A DNA stretch of 64,000 nucleotides from Tubulanus polymorphus (Eukaryota; Animalia; Nemertea). The notes under the pieces were generated by a model. The model was not told where the DNA came from. It saw nothing but the letters and a program-made list of their open reading frames with translations, and did not search any database. The stretch covers positions 25,912,345 through 25,976,344 of the forward strand of contig NC_134028.1 in assembly GCF_964204645.1 (NCBI RefSeq), read 5' to 3'. The translations under genes were made by a program, and so were the position numbers. Positions 1 to 13,700 of this stretch are shown here, piece by piece; position 1 is the first letter of the stretch, and the number at the start of each line of letters is the position of its first letter.

Positions 1-570
1 ATAATAACTTATGGATTAAGAATCCAACGATGGAATTTATTCATCAGTATTCTCCATATACCGAAATTTGGAAGTGAAATCTCTTATTTTTCACACTTTT
101 TCAACTGTATACTATATTTGTCGATGCATTGATAGTTGACATCCTCTCTGATAGGGACAGCAGATATTTTCAAAGGGCTGATTTTCAAAGGGGTGGATGC
201 AAAAAAATGAAAGGCTCCTTTAAAGCCGTTGTGGAGAACACTGTTGATTGTTTTCCCTCAATAGCTGGAAATGTGACTAAAATCCATCTACTTATATGTG
301 GCCGTGAAGCTAATGCACCGGATAATGAGTTGAGACAGGAAATGAGTTTGTCACTCACGACCATATCCGATCAATCACAGCTAATATCAAACAGTATACA
401 TATTTTGTTTAACAAGTTTTTCACCAAAATTCTTTTTAAAAAATTGTTTCCTTCCTCCGCTGAGTGAAATATAATATTTGTTGCTATATAACATAGATAT
501 GTATTCTTTTTTCCCTCGACCTCTCCAGATATGTGAAGCTAAAAATACAAGTCATTTAAAAAAGGCCTTA

Positions 571-3211
571 CCATTTTCAATATCTAACGCCGATTTTCTG
601 GTGCCTTTCACCTTGTTCGTCAAATCCTCAGTGATATCCATTTGTTTTTTAATATCAGTTTCATGTTCGCACAATGTACGAAATAAATCCGATTCCCAAT
701 CTTTACCGTCGATAGATTCTAACAGTTCGTCGAACTGACGCCTGGTACTGTAATACCAAACTTCGTTGTCACCTTCCCTAAAAAATGAAAACCACCAATC
801 AATAATTCTAAATTCGCTACTTTTGCATCGAAAACCCGATAGGCCGAAATAAATTTCGACAAAAACGTACACAAATATTCTTCGTATAAGAAACCAATAT
901 TTGCGACCGTTGCGATCGTAGCCGAGCGGATCCTGTCGACTCATTAAACCACTCTTCTCTAATTCGGACACACAGTCGAAAACACCTTCAACCTATTCAC
1001 GAAAAATAAAACCATTTACGACGAGTTTTTGATATAGATGATTTTTTATACGTGATACAGAACGTGGAATGGTCACTGAACTAGTCTAGTGGCTAAACTC
1101 GTAATTTAGAGGCTTTGTGCCAATAAATAAATGCTGTAATAATGTATATGTAATTAATAAAAGAAAATAAATTATGATCAATTGCAATCAGAAAAACATA
1201 GTAATAATAGCTGAAACGATAAAATTGTTTAGTTGATATTGAACAATAGTGAAGTGGTACGTGTATAAATCTTTGTAAGATAAACAATGATACACGGTAA
1301 ACGATTAGTAATTTTGATTAAAGGTATTGGGCAAGATGGATAGAACTTTTAAATACCTGATGATGTTTACAAATTGAACAAATCCAGTCGTCTTCGGGAA
1401 CTTCTTCTAACGGTGGATCAACGCACGTTAAATGATAAACAGCTGGACATGTCTCACAACATAGTAAATCACCGAGCCTAGAAAATTAACAATAAAATCT
1501 TTTTGTACAGATTGTATTAAATCATTATATTACCTAACAGGGTTCTTAGATATCAGGGAAACCAATATTCCGCGATATTTCCCTAAACTTTTGACCAATA
1601 ATTCCTTCATTGAATTATGCCTAGTGCGAGCATTACTCGTGCTACTACCAGGAAGAACAAGACACTTAAAATTCAAATAGGGCCTTCTCCGACTCCAAGT
1701 AGCCACGCAAGAAAGGAGATTTCCTTGACTTTCCCTATAGGGAAAAAAAAATCTGGAACTCTAATTTCTGCACTGCAATACGGTGAATTATTTGATGATC
1801 GACTGCTAGTACACTGCATTGTGTATTGTAGTAATTAATTTCTATCTCTATTGATACCTGACAGCATCTATCAAACAGAACCAGTCAATTTTAGTGAAAC
1901 TAGTCACAAACGATACACCGCACCGTGGTGTAGACATAGACATAGACACTTAGGTTAAGTGGTGTGCCTGTTATTCAAACCCATTGGGGTAGAATTATTT
2001 CTATATTTTCAAATTATCTCCAGCATTTTCTTCGTCAGCACTGAAAGGGTTAAAATCATCCATCGTGGGTTTTGAATTCAAATTTACCTGTGACAGTTTC
2101 TACAATGGTCATCGTACTTGATATTTCCCTCGTTCATCAGATCCTCGCGAACCGCGTTCGTCGATAAAAACAAATCGGTCAAAATCTGCAACACGACCAA
2201 CCGTTCGGCGATACAACCAAACGGATATCTCTTCGTTTCGATCGCCTTCAACGCCGATTTAAACTCCTCCGACTTATCGCTCTCGAGGTAAGAGCTTACC
2301 AGTTCGATCCACGTCATGCTGTCGAGGAAGAAATAACCGATGTTGATACTGTCTTTCGTGTCTTGCGGTCCGAATATCGTGTTCTGCGCGTCTTCCTCGC
2401 GTAGCAAACACCTCATCAAACAGATGTGAATCTCCGCCTGTAAACAGCACTGCTCGTCCGATAGAAGCGACATGCAGAAATCTTCGAAACGAAACGGCGA
2501 CAAACGCAGAATCGTGCGGAAATGTCGCAGAACCTCGTAGATTCCGATCGCTTTCATAACGTGCTCCGACGCGATCGTAATGTCCGTCGAACTCGTCGGT
2601 AAAATCAACGGCGGCTTCTCGCGGTCGTCGTCGATTTCGGGAAGCGCCGGAGCGCGCGGGTAAATCGGAGGACGACCTCTCCGACTCGGAGTACTGCTCA
2701 CCGTGCTGTAACTATCGACGCTGTAAATCGACGCCGTTTCGTCGAGGTCTTCGAACGACTTATTCGAAACGTTGTCCTCGAAATTATCCTCATCCGCATC
2801 GAAGTCCGATTCGTTGCGGTCCGGGTAACCTAAATCGCTGTGATCCATTTCTCGTTCCTCTCTATCTTCATCGTCGACATCATCATCCTCTTCATCGACC
2901 CGGTAACCCGATTTATTGCTTCGTTCTAATTTCTGTACGACTTGAATGAAATGTCTGGAACGAGACGCCGATTCTCGAGTGGATTTTGAAGCGTAGCCGC
3001 GAGACGAAGACGGCGTTCCGATAGGAGTTGCAAACTCCGGTGAACTGTCTCCAACGCGATCCTCCTCGACGTCGTCAATCGAAGCTTCGACTACGGCTTC
3101 TTCGTCGCCTTCTTCGTCAATTCGTTTCTTTTTTAATATATTCGGGCGCGAAGGAGTCGACGGGCCGCTTTTAGACCCTTTTACGCGTTTAGAACGTACC
3201 TTTCCCGACAT
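571..3211 (-). CDS. BPTF: BPTF/NURF301 nucleosome-remodelling factor subunit, 5' part (continues past left edge)
   Basis: Exons ~3211-2088, 1478-1358, 992-873, 777-571 joined by GT-AG. Acidic N-terminus, DDT domain (IGIYEVLRHFRTILRLSPFRFEDF), PHD finger (YDDHCRNCHR|LGDLLCCETCPAVYHLTCVDPP..WICSIC), WSD/WHIM motif (PLGYDRNGRKYWF). Confidence 0.95.
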
Positions 3212-3351
3212 TTCGACGCTATTTATAGATCAGGGTACCAATACAGAACACGTAATCAGCATTATCCGATCAAAACGACATTTCGTATTAAGCGGCTATT
3301 CGATTTTGGTCCATCTTGAAATTTTCGGAGGCCGCCATTTTAACTAGCGTA

Positions 3352-3363
3352 GGTCACGTGACC
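3352..3363. promoter_or_regulatory. Palindromic E-box/CLEAR element GGTCACGTGACC in the BPTF/ATG12 divergent promoter
   Basis: Contains the TFEB/USF-type GTCACGTGAC. YY1-like GCCGCCATTTT lies just left of it at ~3331-3341. Confidence 0.55.
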
Positions 3364-3971
3364 AGTATCCCGCTCTCAATTCGGCTTCACGCGACGATAA
3401 ACGAGTTTTTGACGGTCAGAAATCCGCTAAAACATAAACTTACGAGAAAAACGATACCAAATACCGATATATAGACGTCGAATAGTGTTTAAATAGGATT
3501 TTAAGTCGATGAAGCGCTGAAAAAGCAATGGCTTCTCGCGAAACGAGCCACCGATTCAACGCCGATTTTGATTGGTTAATTACTAATTGGAGCTCGCGAC
3601 ATTTTTGGGGTCTAAAAACGTATATTTAGTTTGACAGGTGCGGTAAACGTTACTACACGATGTAAAATATCGAGTCAGTTGTCTTTGAAGTGCCGGGATG
3701 GGTTATATTTGATTTGATTTATTGAATTTCAGGCCAGTCTTTGTGGTGAACTGGCCGGCGATCGGGCCAATCATCGACTCGCTTATAAAGAAACCTCGAG
3801 CTACTGAAAGCCAGACATTTTCGGTGTCGTCGACATTAATATCGTGCCCGGACTTGAATGTCAAGGTCGTATGGTGAACCACCGGAACTGACGAATGACA
3901 GTTCTCATCCTCCACTTCGAGCGAAAAATCGTTCACTAATTAACTAATTACTTGATTAATTTATCCTCTAA

Positions 3972-4679
3972 AATGGCAGATGCCGCGGAGGAACCTGCAG
4001 AAGGTGCAACTGCACCGTCTGATTCTAATAACACAACACCCAGCGCTAGTCCATCAAGATCTAAATTAGGGAAAGGTAAGGAACTTCTTCGTAAAATTTT
4101 TGATATTTTTTAAAATTTGATAGTTTTGTGTCACTCTCTAGCCTTGTTTCATTTATAGTCGACGTGCTTCTTAAAGCAGCTGGAGATGCTCCTATTATGA
4201 AGAAGAAGAAATGGGTCGTTGATCCCGGTAAAAGAGTTGGATGGATTATCGATTTTATTAAGAGATATATCAAATGCGAACCTTCAGAATCATTAGTTAG
4301 TATTCATCTTATATAGGTTTTCAGATATTAGAAATTGAGAATTGGTATTCATTTCAAATTATTTCTGTAATTTTGTCTTTAATCAATATTACTTCTATAT
4401 TCAGTTTTTGTATGTCAATCAGTCATTTTGCCCATCACCAGATACAGAAGTAGGAGTTCTCTATAACGTACGTATTGCTATTAGCGCCTTGCGATCAAAC
4501 GTTTTGTTAAACATTTGTCTTCAAGTTGAAATAGTTGCTTAGCTAGTTTGGCATCTTTTCAAATCAGTTGAGTTGAGATATATAACGACTCACTTAAATA
4601 ATTTTCTTTCCATTTTCAGTGTTTTGGAAGTGATGGAAAACTGGTGCTTCATTATTGCAAAAGTCAAGCCTGGGGATAA
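3972..4679 (+). CDS. ATG12: Ubiquitin-like autophagy protein ATG12
   Basis: Four exons (~3972-4075, 4159-4294, 4405-4467, 4620-4679) give ..VDVLLKAAGDAPIMKKKKWVV..FLYVNQSFCPSPDTEVGVLYN|CFGSDGKLVLHYCKSQAWG*. Confidence 0.97.
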
Positions 4680-5433
4680 TACTTCTCTCAGTCAACATTC
4701 CAATATAGTATTTATCATTCATTAACTTGAAAACCGTGTAAATAATTTGTAAATAGTAATATCGAAAATAATTATATCAAACTTTATTTGTGATTTGCTT
4801 CTAAATGGTTTGATTGCTTCATTTGATCGGAAATTTGCATCCATTGTGCCAAACCTGGTCCTGGTTGTAGTGTGATACCAGCAGTACTCGGTGATTGCCC
4901 AATCCCAGCCTTGGGCTCCTAGATCCTGACAATCGGTAAGGAACAAATAATCATATTTCATTCAATCGGCATAGATAAATACCAATTTTAGACATTAGTT
5001 ATTGGGAATGAGACCCAAAAAAATTTAAGACAAAAAATTGAGTAGATTAACGTATAAACATTTCCAGTTTCATTTTATTTTATTTTAATGATAATTTCTG
5101 TTTTACATTTTTCGAATGCGAAACAATTTCCGACATAAATCCATAAATAAACAAAAGAAGAAAATCTTTAAAAAGTGTTACTTAACATGGCAGGAACTCT
5201 GAAGGGGTGTAAACTTTAATTGAATCGTAAAAATAATTCTAATTTAATTATCACGGTAGAAATATATTTACAAACATAAATAGATAATTGTTTATAGAAT
5301 GGAATAATATTCACTGTATGATATCGTTATCTGAATGGACGGTAAACACTGCAGGTGATCACTGATTATAAACATAGCTCAATATATTTCGCCAGAAATT
5401 AATGTTCGATCTGTGGCTGTTTAGGATGGTTAT

Positions 5434-5630
5434 TTATTCGGGGAATTTCCAGACGAGAATCGCTCCGTCCTGGCTGACTGATATAATGTATTCGTCGTTG
5501 GGACTGATTTTCACGCGGTTAATATTTCCACTGTGTCCTACACCGCAGTGGGTTACTGTGCCTTCGTTATACTTCCATACCTGGAATTTTCATTGAATGT
5601 TTGAATTGTGTTAATTTGTGATAATAATGA

Positions 5631-5661
<31 letters not shown>

Positions 5662-8600
5662 AATTTATTCAGCCTAAATCCACATTTTGTATCGCAAGTA
5701 TTTTTTTGTACCTTAAGCAAATTATCGTCTCCACCGGTCACGAACCTAGTACCATCGGCGGACAGATCCATTCCGTTTATCGCGCCAGACTTGGAGCCAT
5801 CGAGTTCTCTAATCTTCGACCCATCGTGACATTCCCAATAACCGATTTTTCTATCGGTTCCTCCCGTGATCACCTGACATTCATCATAGTTGTAGCAGAT
5901 ACATTTGAAAAGGGTGTTCTCAAAGATGATTTGATTTCGTCTGAAAGTTCTGAAAAAAGGCATGAAATTATCGATCAAATCTCATTCCCTAACACGTAAA
6001 CGCATGTTGTTTTCTCTGACTTGATCTGCAAAGAACTGAATAAATTAACAGATTCAAATATGTAAGATTTTACGCACGTTCTCATTCTCAGCAAATTTCC
6101 CGACTTATCCCTGATTTTAAGCTTCTTTTTACAAAATTTCCTGACTGGACTTTTTTAACGAAAAGAAAATTCGCCAACTTCTCCCCAAATTTCCAGATAG
6201 GGGGCCATCCTGTTCAAAAACTTACTCTAAATTCCAGATAATGCAGGTACCGTCACAACTGGCAGTTACGCATTCTTTATCGTTCTTACGTAGACGAATA
6301 AATGTTACAGCTGCCGTGTGTTCCTTCATCGCTTCTTTCATATTCGAAATCCAAGTAGCGCCTTTCATTGCCATCCCTTGCTTCATATCCCAAACGCGAA
6401 CCTACAACACAGAAAAACGCTTAAACAAGACAGTTAAACCCACAATGACAGGGCCGGAACTAGGATAATTGGAAGGCCGCGGTCCGGAAAGAGAGAAAAG
6501 ACTGATTACTCGGATAAAGCAGCCATGTCGAAGGCCACAAGCGGTGTCCCTCCGTTGGTGTTAAAATGCAAACTCCCAAGATAAGAGTCATATTCTGCCT
6601 CGGCAAAGACGGTAACCTCTCAATGGGTAGGCAGGGTTCCGGACCCCCGAGACCCGATCCCCTAAATCCACCCCTGAACGAAGAAACGAAAATTGTTTTA
6701 AAAGATCAAAACAAAATTCACTCTTTTCAGTTTTCAATGAATAATGAAACGATTAATTTTGATTCAAGTGAAAAGTGTAATCATCTGCAATCAATAGAGA
6801 ATTCCTGTTTTAATACCTGTCCTTCTCCTCCACCACTGATAATACGTAGACCATTAGATGTTAATGCTAGAGCTGTAACACCGAGGCTGTGAGCGTCGTT
6901 GATCGTGTACATCGGTTTTCCTGATTCCGGGAAAAAAGCTCGAATCTTGCCATCATTCCAAGCTGTAATGAATCCAATACTATGACATGTCAGACATAGT
7001 GAAATATTAGTAACTAATGATACACCGCGCCGTGGTGTAGACGCACTATAGTGTGGTATTCCCGTTATTCAACACACTAGGTTGGATTTTTTTTAAATTT
7101 AAAATTATCTCCAGCACTATAGGGTATTGATCAGTCAGTTTTTTCTTTTCATGATTCTTATGTTTGGTTGTTGTCACTAAACCATTCACTATATGTATGC
7201 CATTTACTCTTGTATTTTACCTGTAACAATCGCTCTTCCATCTTGAGAAAATTCCAAGCCATTACAAGTCATATTAGGAACCACGATACGTGCTGCTAAT
7301 TTACCAGTTTCCGTTTCCCAAACGCGCACTTCATGCTCTGAACAAGTTCCGAATAGTTTCGACGTTCCGCTGAAAAGATTACAAAGACATACGTTTGAAT
7401 TTGCATCGTCGCAAAAGATAATCGCGATTCGGAGCAGAATAATTTTTTAGTTCGTACTCACAACGGAAAAGTGATATCGTTCACGGCTGAATAATGAGCG
7501 GTAATCGTCGGCAAATTCATCGAGAATTCAGCGTAGGTGAATTTGTATATGTTCGACTTCTTCGTTCCGACAAAAAACTGATGTCCATCTCCGCGCAGGG
7601 CTACTGACGTGACCAAGCCGTCGACTACGAGCGATTTCCTGATATTGACAACGAATATACATTGTTAGAAAAATATGATAATCTTAGGATGATTGAAACT
7701 TCAGGACCAACGTTCTACCAGGGGAGGGAACAGGGGATGCGTGCCCTATCCTACAAATATCAAGATTCCCTGAAATATCAAGGGTAGACAAAAAATATTA
7801 AACCGATACCTTAAATTGTTTAAATTCATGAGCTTGTCCTCTGTATTTCCAGATATGAGTTGATATTTTCAAATGAGCTTTTTATTAGGGTGCCCTTTTT
7901 ATTATATGTGCTCTATTTTAGGGGGTGGACGCCTCCCTGAGTCAGAACCTAGATCCGCCCCTGTCTACCTTAAGATAAGTCAAACTTAAGGACCAATGTT
8001 CTCAGTGAAGTTTGACTGGAATGTTTTGACTCTGGAGACAAAATCAATGACAGCAGCAAAAATACATTGTTGGAAAATTATTGAACTTCAGCGGCTGATT
8101 CTACAGTTGAATTCAACTAGGATTTGAATTAGTTCAAAGGGGGAGTACACACATGTAATAATCTCATGATCTAACAACTGGATCAGGAAATATCGAGATG
8201 TTTTAAGTTCTGATTTATAACGTACTTGGCTCGAGTATATTTCTGATCTTTCATCGACATACAGCAAACATCTCCAGCTCCAGACCCGACGATCAAATCA
8301 CCGTTCTTTAACAACGTCATTGACGTGACGCCTCGACTAAACTTATCTTTCACCGGTCCGCTCGCCTGCAGTAGTTTCGTTCTCGGATTCACGCCCAAGA
8401 TATCCCCGGTCGAAGTTCCGCAATAGATGAAATCGTCATTTTCGGTAATCTATATGTAAGAAACAGTCAAAGTAGTTTTGGGATCATTCATTTATTACGT
8501 ACGCATGAAATTTGACTTTTTCAACCCCCCCTCCCCCTCTGTACGCAAAATCGGCCATTTTTTTATATACATTAAGCATTACAGTACGCAATTGCAATAA

Positions 8601-10191
8601 CCGATCCCCCTCCCCTAATGCATATGTAATAAATGAATGATCTCTTTCCTTTTCATTAGAAAAAATCAGTTAAAAGCCGTAATTTACCTGTATACATTCG
8701 ACTTCTCGCTTTATTTTACCCATATTCACATCAGACGGAGTGATCTTTCTATTTTCAACGTCGAGTTCCCAAACTCGTAGGGTTTCACTGCATATAATCA
8801 GAACAACCAAATTCAAGAACAGTTTGAAATTGGCCAAATTACCGAACAGTTTTGACCGAACCAAACTACGACCAGAAAATGTTGTTTTTATTTCTCTGAT
8901 GAAGGGCCTCGGCTTATTGGGCCATGCTTTATGAAATAAATGTATTTTAGGCTAAAGAACGACTGCCCTAAATTTTACTCACCGTCCTCCAGTGACGAAT
9001 AGATAATCAGATTGATTTGCAAAAGCAACGCAGTTTGTCGTTCCGGCGCTTTTTACTTGAGCTTCTTGACCACAAATTGGTTGTTTACGATCAAGGTTCC
9101 AGACGACAACGCTATCAATAGAAAGACATTTTTTCAGTCTTATTTTGAGGTAAATCGAAAACTGGTCCTGCAAATGACGAATGAATTTTTCTTCAATTTG
9201 TTCCCAGTCTTTGGGCTGGGTTTGATATAACTTACCAGCCGTCATCTTTGCCGCCAAGTGAAAGCAAGAACATTTCATTCGGAGAAAATGCAAGCGCTTC
9301 AACTTTAACTTTGTGTAAGGTGAATTTACAGTACATTTGTCGCGTGGCGAAATCCCAAACGATGATATCAGCCTGGAAGAAATTGAATTTTAGAACACAT
9401 AAGTCTATATGGCAATAAAAACGCTTTTTCAAAATGCTATTTTGCTTATTCTGATTTGTTACTGATGCTGAAAACATCAAACCAACTCTGTTTTAGCTTT
9501 TTCTAGTCCTCAACCGCTAATCCTAACCTAAAACCCCCCATAACCCTTAAAAATCGAACCCCAATCCTAACCTTACTTAAACCCCAGAAAAATCATTTTT
9601 TTAGTAATTTGAATTGCCTTAAAAGTGTTGACTAGAATAACGAGTGACAAAAATGAATTGTACCGTGAATCCCATGTGAGTTGTTTGACCGCTAGCGATA
9701 TATCGGCCATGTTTAGATACTGCAACGCAAGTGACATCGTTTGTATGCCCGAATAGACAATCTTGCTTGTGCGATCCGATTTCTTCAATAATCACTGTAC
9801 AGCCTAATGGATAGATGAGGTGTTGTCTTGACGGATGAACGATGAGTCCACCCGCTACCTTGCCTGCAAATATTGAAAACTCAGGTATGAATTGAATTAC
9901 TACTAACTAACAACGTTACTGGTCCACGCAATGGACCGAACATCATTTTTTAGAACAATGAAAGAACATGATTTGGTGATTTTTATTAAGATAATTTTTT
10001 CTACAACAAGAACAATCAATCACTCCAATTAAAAATATTGATTTAATTGGATTGGAATCTGTCAAAAAAAGTTTTTAAAAAGATATATGTTTCATTTCAT
10101 GAAAAGAAAGCAAAGGTAAGTTGTATTCACCATTGAAGCCGATAGTTCGACATAGAGTCAGTTTTTTAAATCCCTCCGTTGTTTCCGGCAT
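5434..10191 (-). CDS. CFAP52: Cilia- and flagella-associated WD40 protein 52 (WDR16)
   Basis: About 12 exons from MPETTEGFKKLTLCRTIGFN to ILVWKFPE*. Motifs include LHKVKVEALAFSPN, LLSLGGKDDG, TLRVWELDVENRKI, ITGGTDRKIGYWE, FVTGGDDNLLKVWKYNEG. Confidence 0.93.
5620..5665. repeat. (AAT)n microsatellite in the last CFAP52 intron
   Basis: Imperfect AAT run visible directly. Confidence 0.9.
7717..7963. mobile_element. MITE-like element; related copy at ~44374-44604
   Basis: Shared internal AAATTCA..AGCTTGTCCTCT..GGGTGCCCTTT..TGCTCTATTTT and a CTAGATCCGCCCCTG end. Confidence 0.7.
8480..8643. mobile_element. MITE, ~160 bp; second copy in opposite orientation at 56798-56956
   Basis: TIRs GGG(A)TCATTCATTTATTACGTA..TA(T/C)GTAATAAATGAATGA(T/C)C. 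Internal sequence shared with the 56.8 kb copy. Confidence 0.85.
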
Positions 10192-10324
10192 CGTCGATGT
10201 TATCTAGAACGAATTGTTTAAACGCTGAAAATATCTAGAGTTAGCAACAGCAAGATGCCATTGATTATTACGTATCCAATAGCGACACGAGTGTACACTA
10301 AATGACGGTAATGAACTCGCGGCG

Positions 10325-10337
10325 GTTCTATGGAAAC
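10325..10337. promoter_or_regulatory. RFX X-box upstream of CFAP52
   Basis: GTTCTATGGAAAC, ~135 bp upstream of the ATG of a motile-cilia gene. Extra half-site GTTAGCAAC at ~10240. Confidence 0.6.
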
Positions 10338-10593
10338 TGGAAAATATAGGAAGGCTCCGAGTAAAGGCAATACATGAAGAGCAGAGTTGATTTCGTGATT
10401 TATATTACATCGACGCAAAAAATAGAAAGGTCAATTTTTTACTTAACTTAATCGTATTTGACACTGTAGGTAGGTTTACTAAGGTGTTTAGTTCCTCTGA
10501 TTTCACCACCTGACCAACCACGTCAGTTTTGAATGGCTTCTTAAAAAATTTTCACATTTATTTAGGAACGTGAGGCGAAAAGTCGAAGAAACT

Positions 10594-10722
10594 ATGTGCT
10601 ATCAAGTAACTTGTGAGAAGTGCAAGAAAATCACTTGGAAAGGTTGTGGGAAGCATGTTGAATCGGTAATGAAAGATGTCCCTGAAGCCGAAAGATGTCA
10701 ATGCCCAAGGGATACCAAATAA
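10594..10722 (+). CDS. 42-aa Cys/His-rich microprotein MCYQVTCEKCKKITWKGCGKHVESVMKDVPEAERCQCPRDTK
   Basis: ACTATG start context, putative 5'UTR intron 10430-10565 (GT..TTTAG), AATAAA at 10877, patterned CxxxxCxxCxKxTWxGCGxHV..CxC. Below the ORF-track size cut-off. Confidence 0.8.
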   Translation: MCYQVTCEKCKKITWKGCGKHVESVMKDVPEAERCQCPRDTK

Positions 10723-13700
10723 TCGGAGTTCTGCAAACACTATGAATACTCATACAGAGTACACCTACACAGCACTCCGTCTCAGGCAGAAAGAAGTAGC
10801 TCGTTGCCAAACATTTACTTGAATCTTTATCGAACAGTCTCTCACACATACCACATGAATTTTTTTCTTTTTGTTAAATAAAGATTTCCATAAGTTTTAC
10901 TTACCATGTGTTATTGTTGAGGATATTTTTGTGCCAGCTTTGATGTGATGACGGCAGTGTTGTGGCCGGACTAACTGCGGAGGCAAATATTACCTAGTAG
11001 GCATGTACAGCAATCCGAGGTGTCTGTTAGATCTTTTCCCAGAGTAAAGCAGATAGACATTCAAGTCCACCAATTCTACACCCGACCTGCCATCTTACTT
11101 AATAGCAGTCTGCCCCAAAATTAGATAGAAGAAAATAGAATAAACTTGACATAAAGATAGCAGTCTAATCGAAAATGAACTAGAAATTATTCAGATTTTG
11201 AGTTTGTATACATTTTTTGGGAGTAATCGAAGTCCAAGGTTAACTATTCTCTCAAATACAGTCGTAGTTGCCACATACCAGTTTGGCTCATGCTGCGACA
11301 AGAAGATCGACTCCACACATAAGAAACTGATTCGATTTTATGGACGAATGATTTTTTTTTTGATTTTTCAGTGGTGAAGAACATGATAAAATGAACAGCA
11401 TATCGTATATCATTACTATTATTATTATTTATAATATCTTCATTCGTCACAAATAATTGTTATTCGGATAATAATAATGATTAGCACATCATTGCAACTC
11501 AATAAACGAGCCACGAGAAAATTAACATTTAAAACGTTTTACGAAAAATTTGACTGCAATCGTTCGTTCGTTCGTTCGTTATTCCAATTTTTTTCTTTTC
11601 TTCTCTTTCTTTTACACGTAGTAATTTAATTAATGCACACCAACACAAATTCTATAACATCACAATACAAAAATAAAAAAGAAACATTATTTCTTCTAAA
11701 AGAATTCCGTATATATCATATCATTCTTTAAACTTGAACAATTTTCATTGTATCGTTGTAGCATTTTAATTAAATTATGATACAACATTTTTCTTCTTTA
11801 CACAAAATTACACCGAGATGAAGGACAGCGCAAGAGAGGATATCTTACACAACGGCTGACCTGATGTTAAATACTGATGACATTCAAGCTACGTATGTTT
11901 TCACATCGACCTTGGGGTCGAAAGTTTTTTAATTACAAGATCATTTTCATCTTATAATCAATCTAACAAATTTGGAAGTAAAATTGACTTAATCTTTTTT
12001 TTCATTACAATACATGGTCCCAGCATTGCGAACCTATGCTGCCTTGGTCTAACAATGGACTATCATTCAGAGTCCATGCTTTGACTCTACAACAGGGTCT
12101 CCATGTGGGTAGAGAGAGTCGGATGATCAAAAAGGAGCTACAACAGAATCACAACTAATTCATCATCCTTGAAAATGGTATATTACAAAACGATTTATTT
12201 CGCCGAGTCACGTTCAATCAACGCAGCCATAAACATAAAATCAGTCAACCTAAACTAAACTCACAACTATTCGAAGCATCTTAGATTATTGAGGATATAT
12301 TAGACACCACTAAGATGGGTTAGTGTTTCGCTCCCGGCAGGTGCGGTGGGTCTGCAAGGGACACTCAATCGAATAATCAAACAAAATTTACCAACCAAAT
12401 GAATAAATAACGTGGACAATCCCTATTTTAAGATCAAGATGCATAACTGCCAGACCTATTGATGTAAATCTAGTATTACTGCTGTATACGCCCTGCTGTA
12501 CCTGATGAGGCTCAAGTGACTCGGCGAAATCATTTGTGTTGTAATAGACTATTTTAAAAGATGAATTTTGTAATTGCTGTGATATCGTTGTGGCGGTTGT
12601 ATATCAGTGTTAAGACGAAGCTACGGTTGTTAATCATGAGAAATGATAATGCCGATGATAACCAGTTACATTTCATTTCTATTAACCACAACAGTACATA
12701 AACCTTGCACAATTAATATGCATATTACTCGATAAATTTTACTTTTACAAAATATTACAAATCAAATATTGCCGTAAAATGCATCACTCGAGTAAATCAC
12801 TCCTAAGAAACGAGAGTTTCCACAGATTTGGGACAACAAAAATTCTCCCGAAACGCCGCGAAACCTATATTTCTCAGCAAAATAATTCTTCAATTAGCAG
12901 CGATCCCAGATCTGTAGAAACCTCGTAGTTCACTCTTTTTTCATTAGTTATGATGTTGTTAGTACTGCCCTAATGCGGCACGACTTCTCAATATACATAT
13001 TTACATAATTACAAACATGGATTACGCAAGACTTACAGGATATCATTGTTAACCGGGTTCACAACACCTGGAAACTGGGCCGCATTATATCATTTAAGCA
13101 ATGAATTGCTTACTTCATTATCGTTAGTTTCGAAGTTAAATTCTATTGAAGCAGTTCACCTGAATCAAGTTTGATCAAGAGGCTCTTGAACATTTTCCCC
13201 AAAGGAAGTTCTTCCTTTTTTTTAAATACAAATTTTCATTATAATTTATCAAGGCAGACGAAGGTCGGCTTCTGTCTGCATGTTGTAATACAACACAATC
13301 ATGTGTGTAAATGGTCGCGTCTGTCGATTACACTGCGATCCACCAGATGGCACAACTTGTCTCTGCCAGTCACAAGAGCAGTGAATATCATTTAAGACAA
13401 CTAGCATTCGCCAGGGCACGAGTTTGACGGATGATTGCAACACGATTGTCACCGGCGCCGCGAAGCTGACCTACGCCCGGCTTTTAACAAGTCCATGTAC
13501 GTACATCTATATGATTAGTTACGACTTGCATCATCAACATAAAATAATACAACCTCAGAAAACAGAGGAAAACTAAACAACTGCCTAGCGATCGATAAAA
13601 AATCCAAAGGACTACATACGTCTCTTCTATACAAATAATCTATAGTTCAAATACTCCGAAAACAGTTTAGAAACAACGAGAAAATACCGGGGCCAAGTCT

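Noticed and set aside
129-467. 112-aa plus-strand ORF
   Set aside because: Non-ATG start, lies antisense within a BPTF intron, no motif.
9510-9590. Telomere-like CCTAA(CC) tract
   Set aside because: Short, degenerate and intronic; low-complexity or repeat remnant.
12500-12535. Hammerhead ribozyme core (CTGATGAG..CGAAA)
   Set aside because: Stem II does not close in the correct register, and no stem I/III or UH cleavage site could be built.
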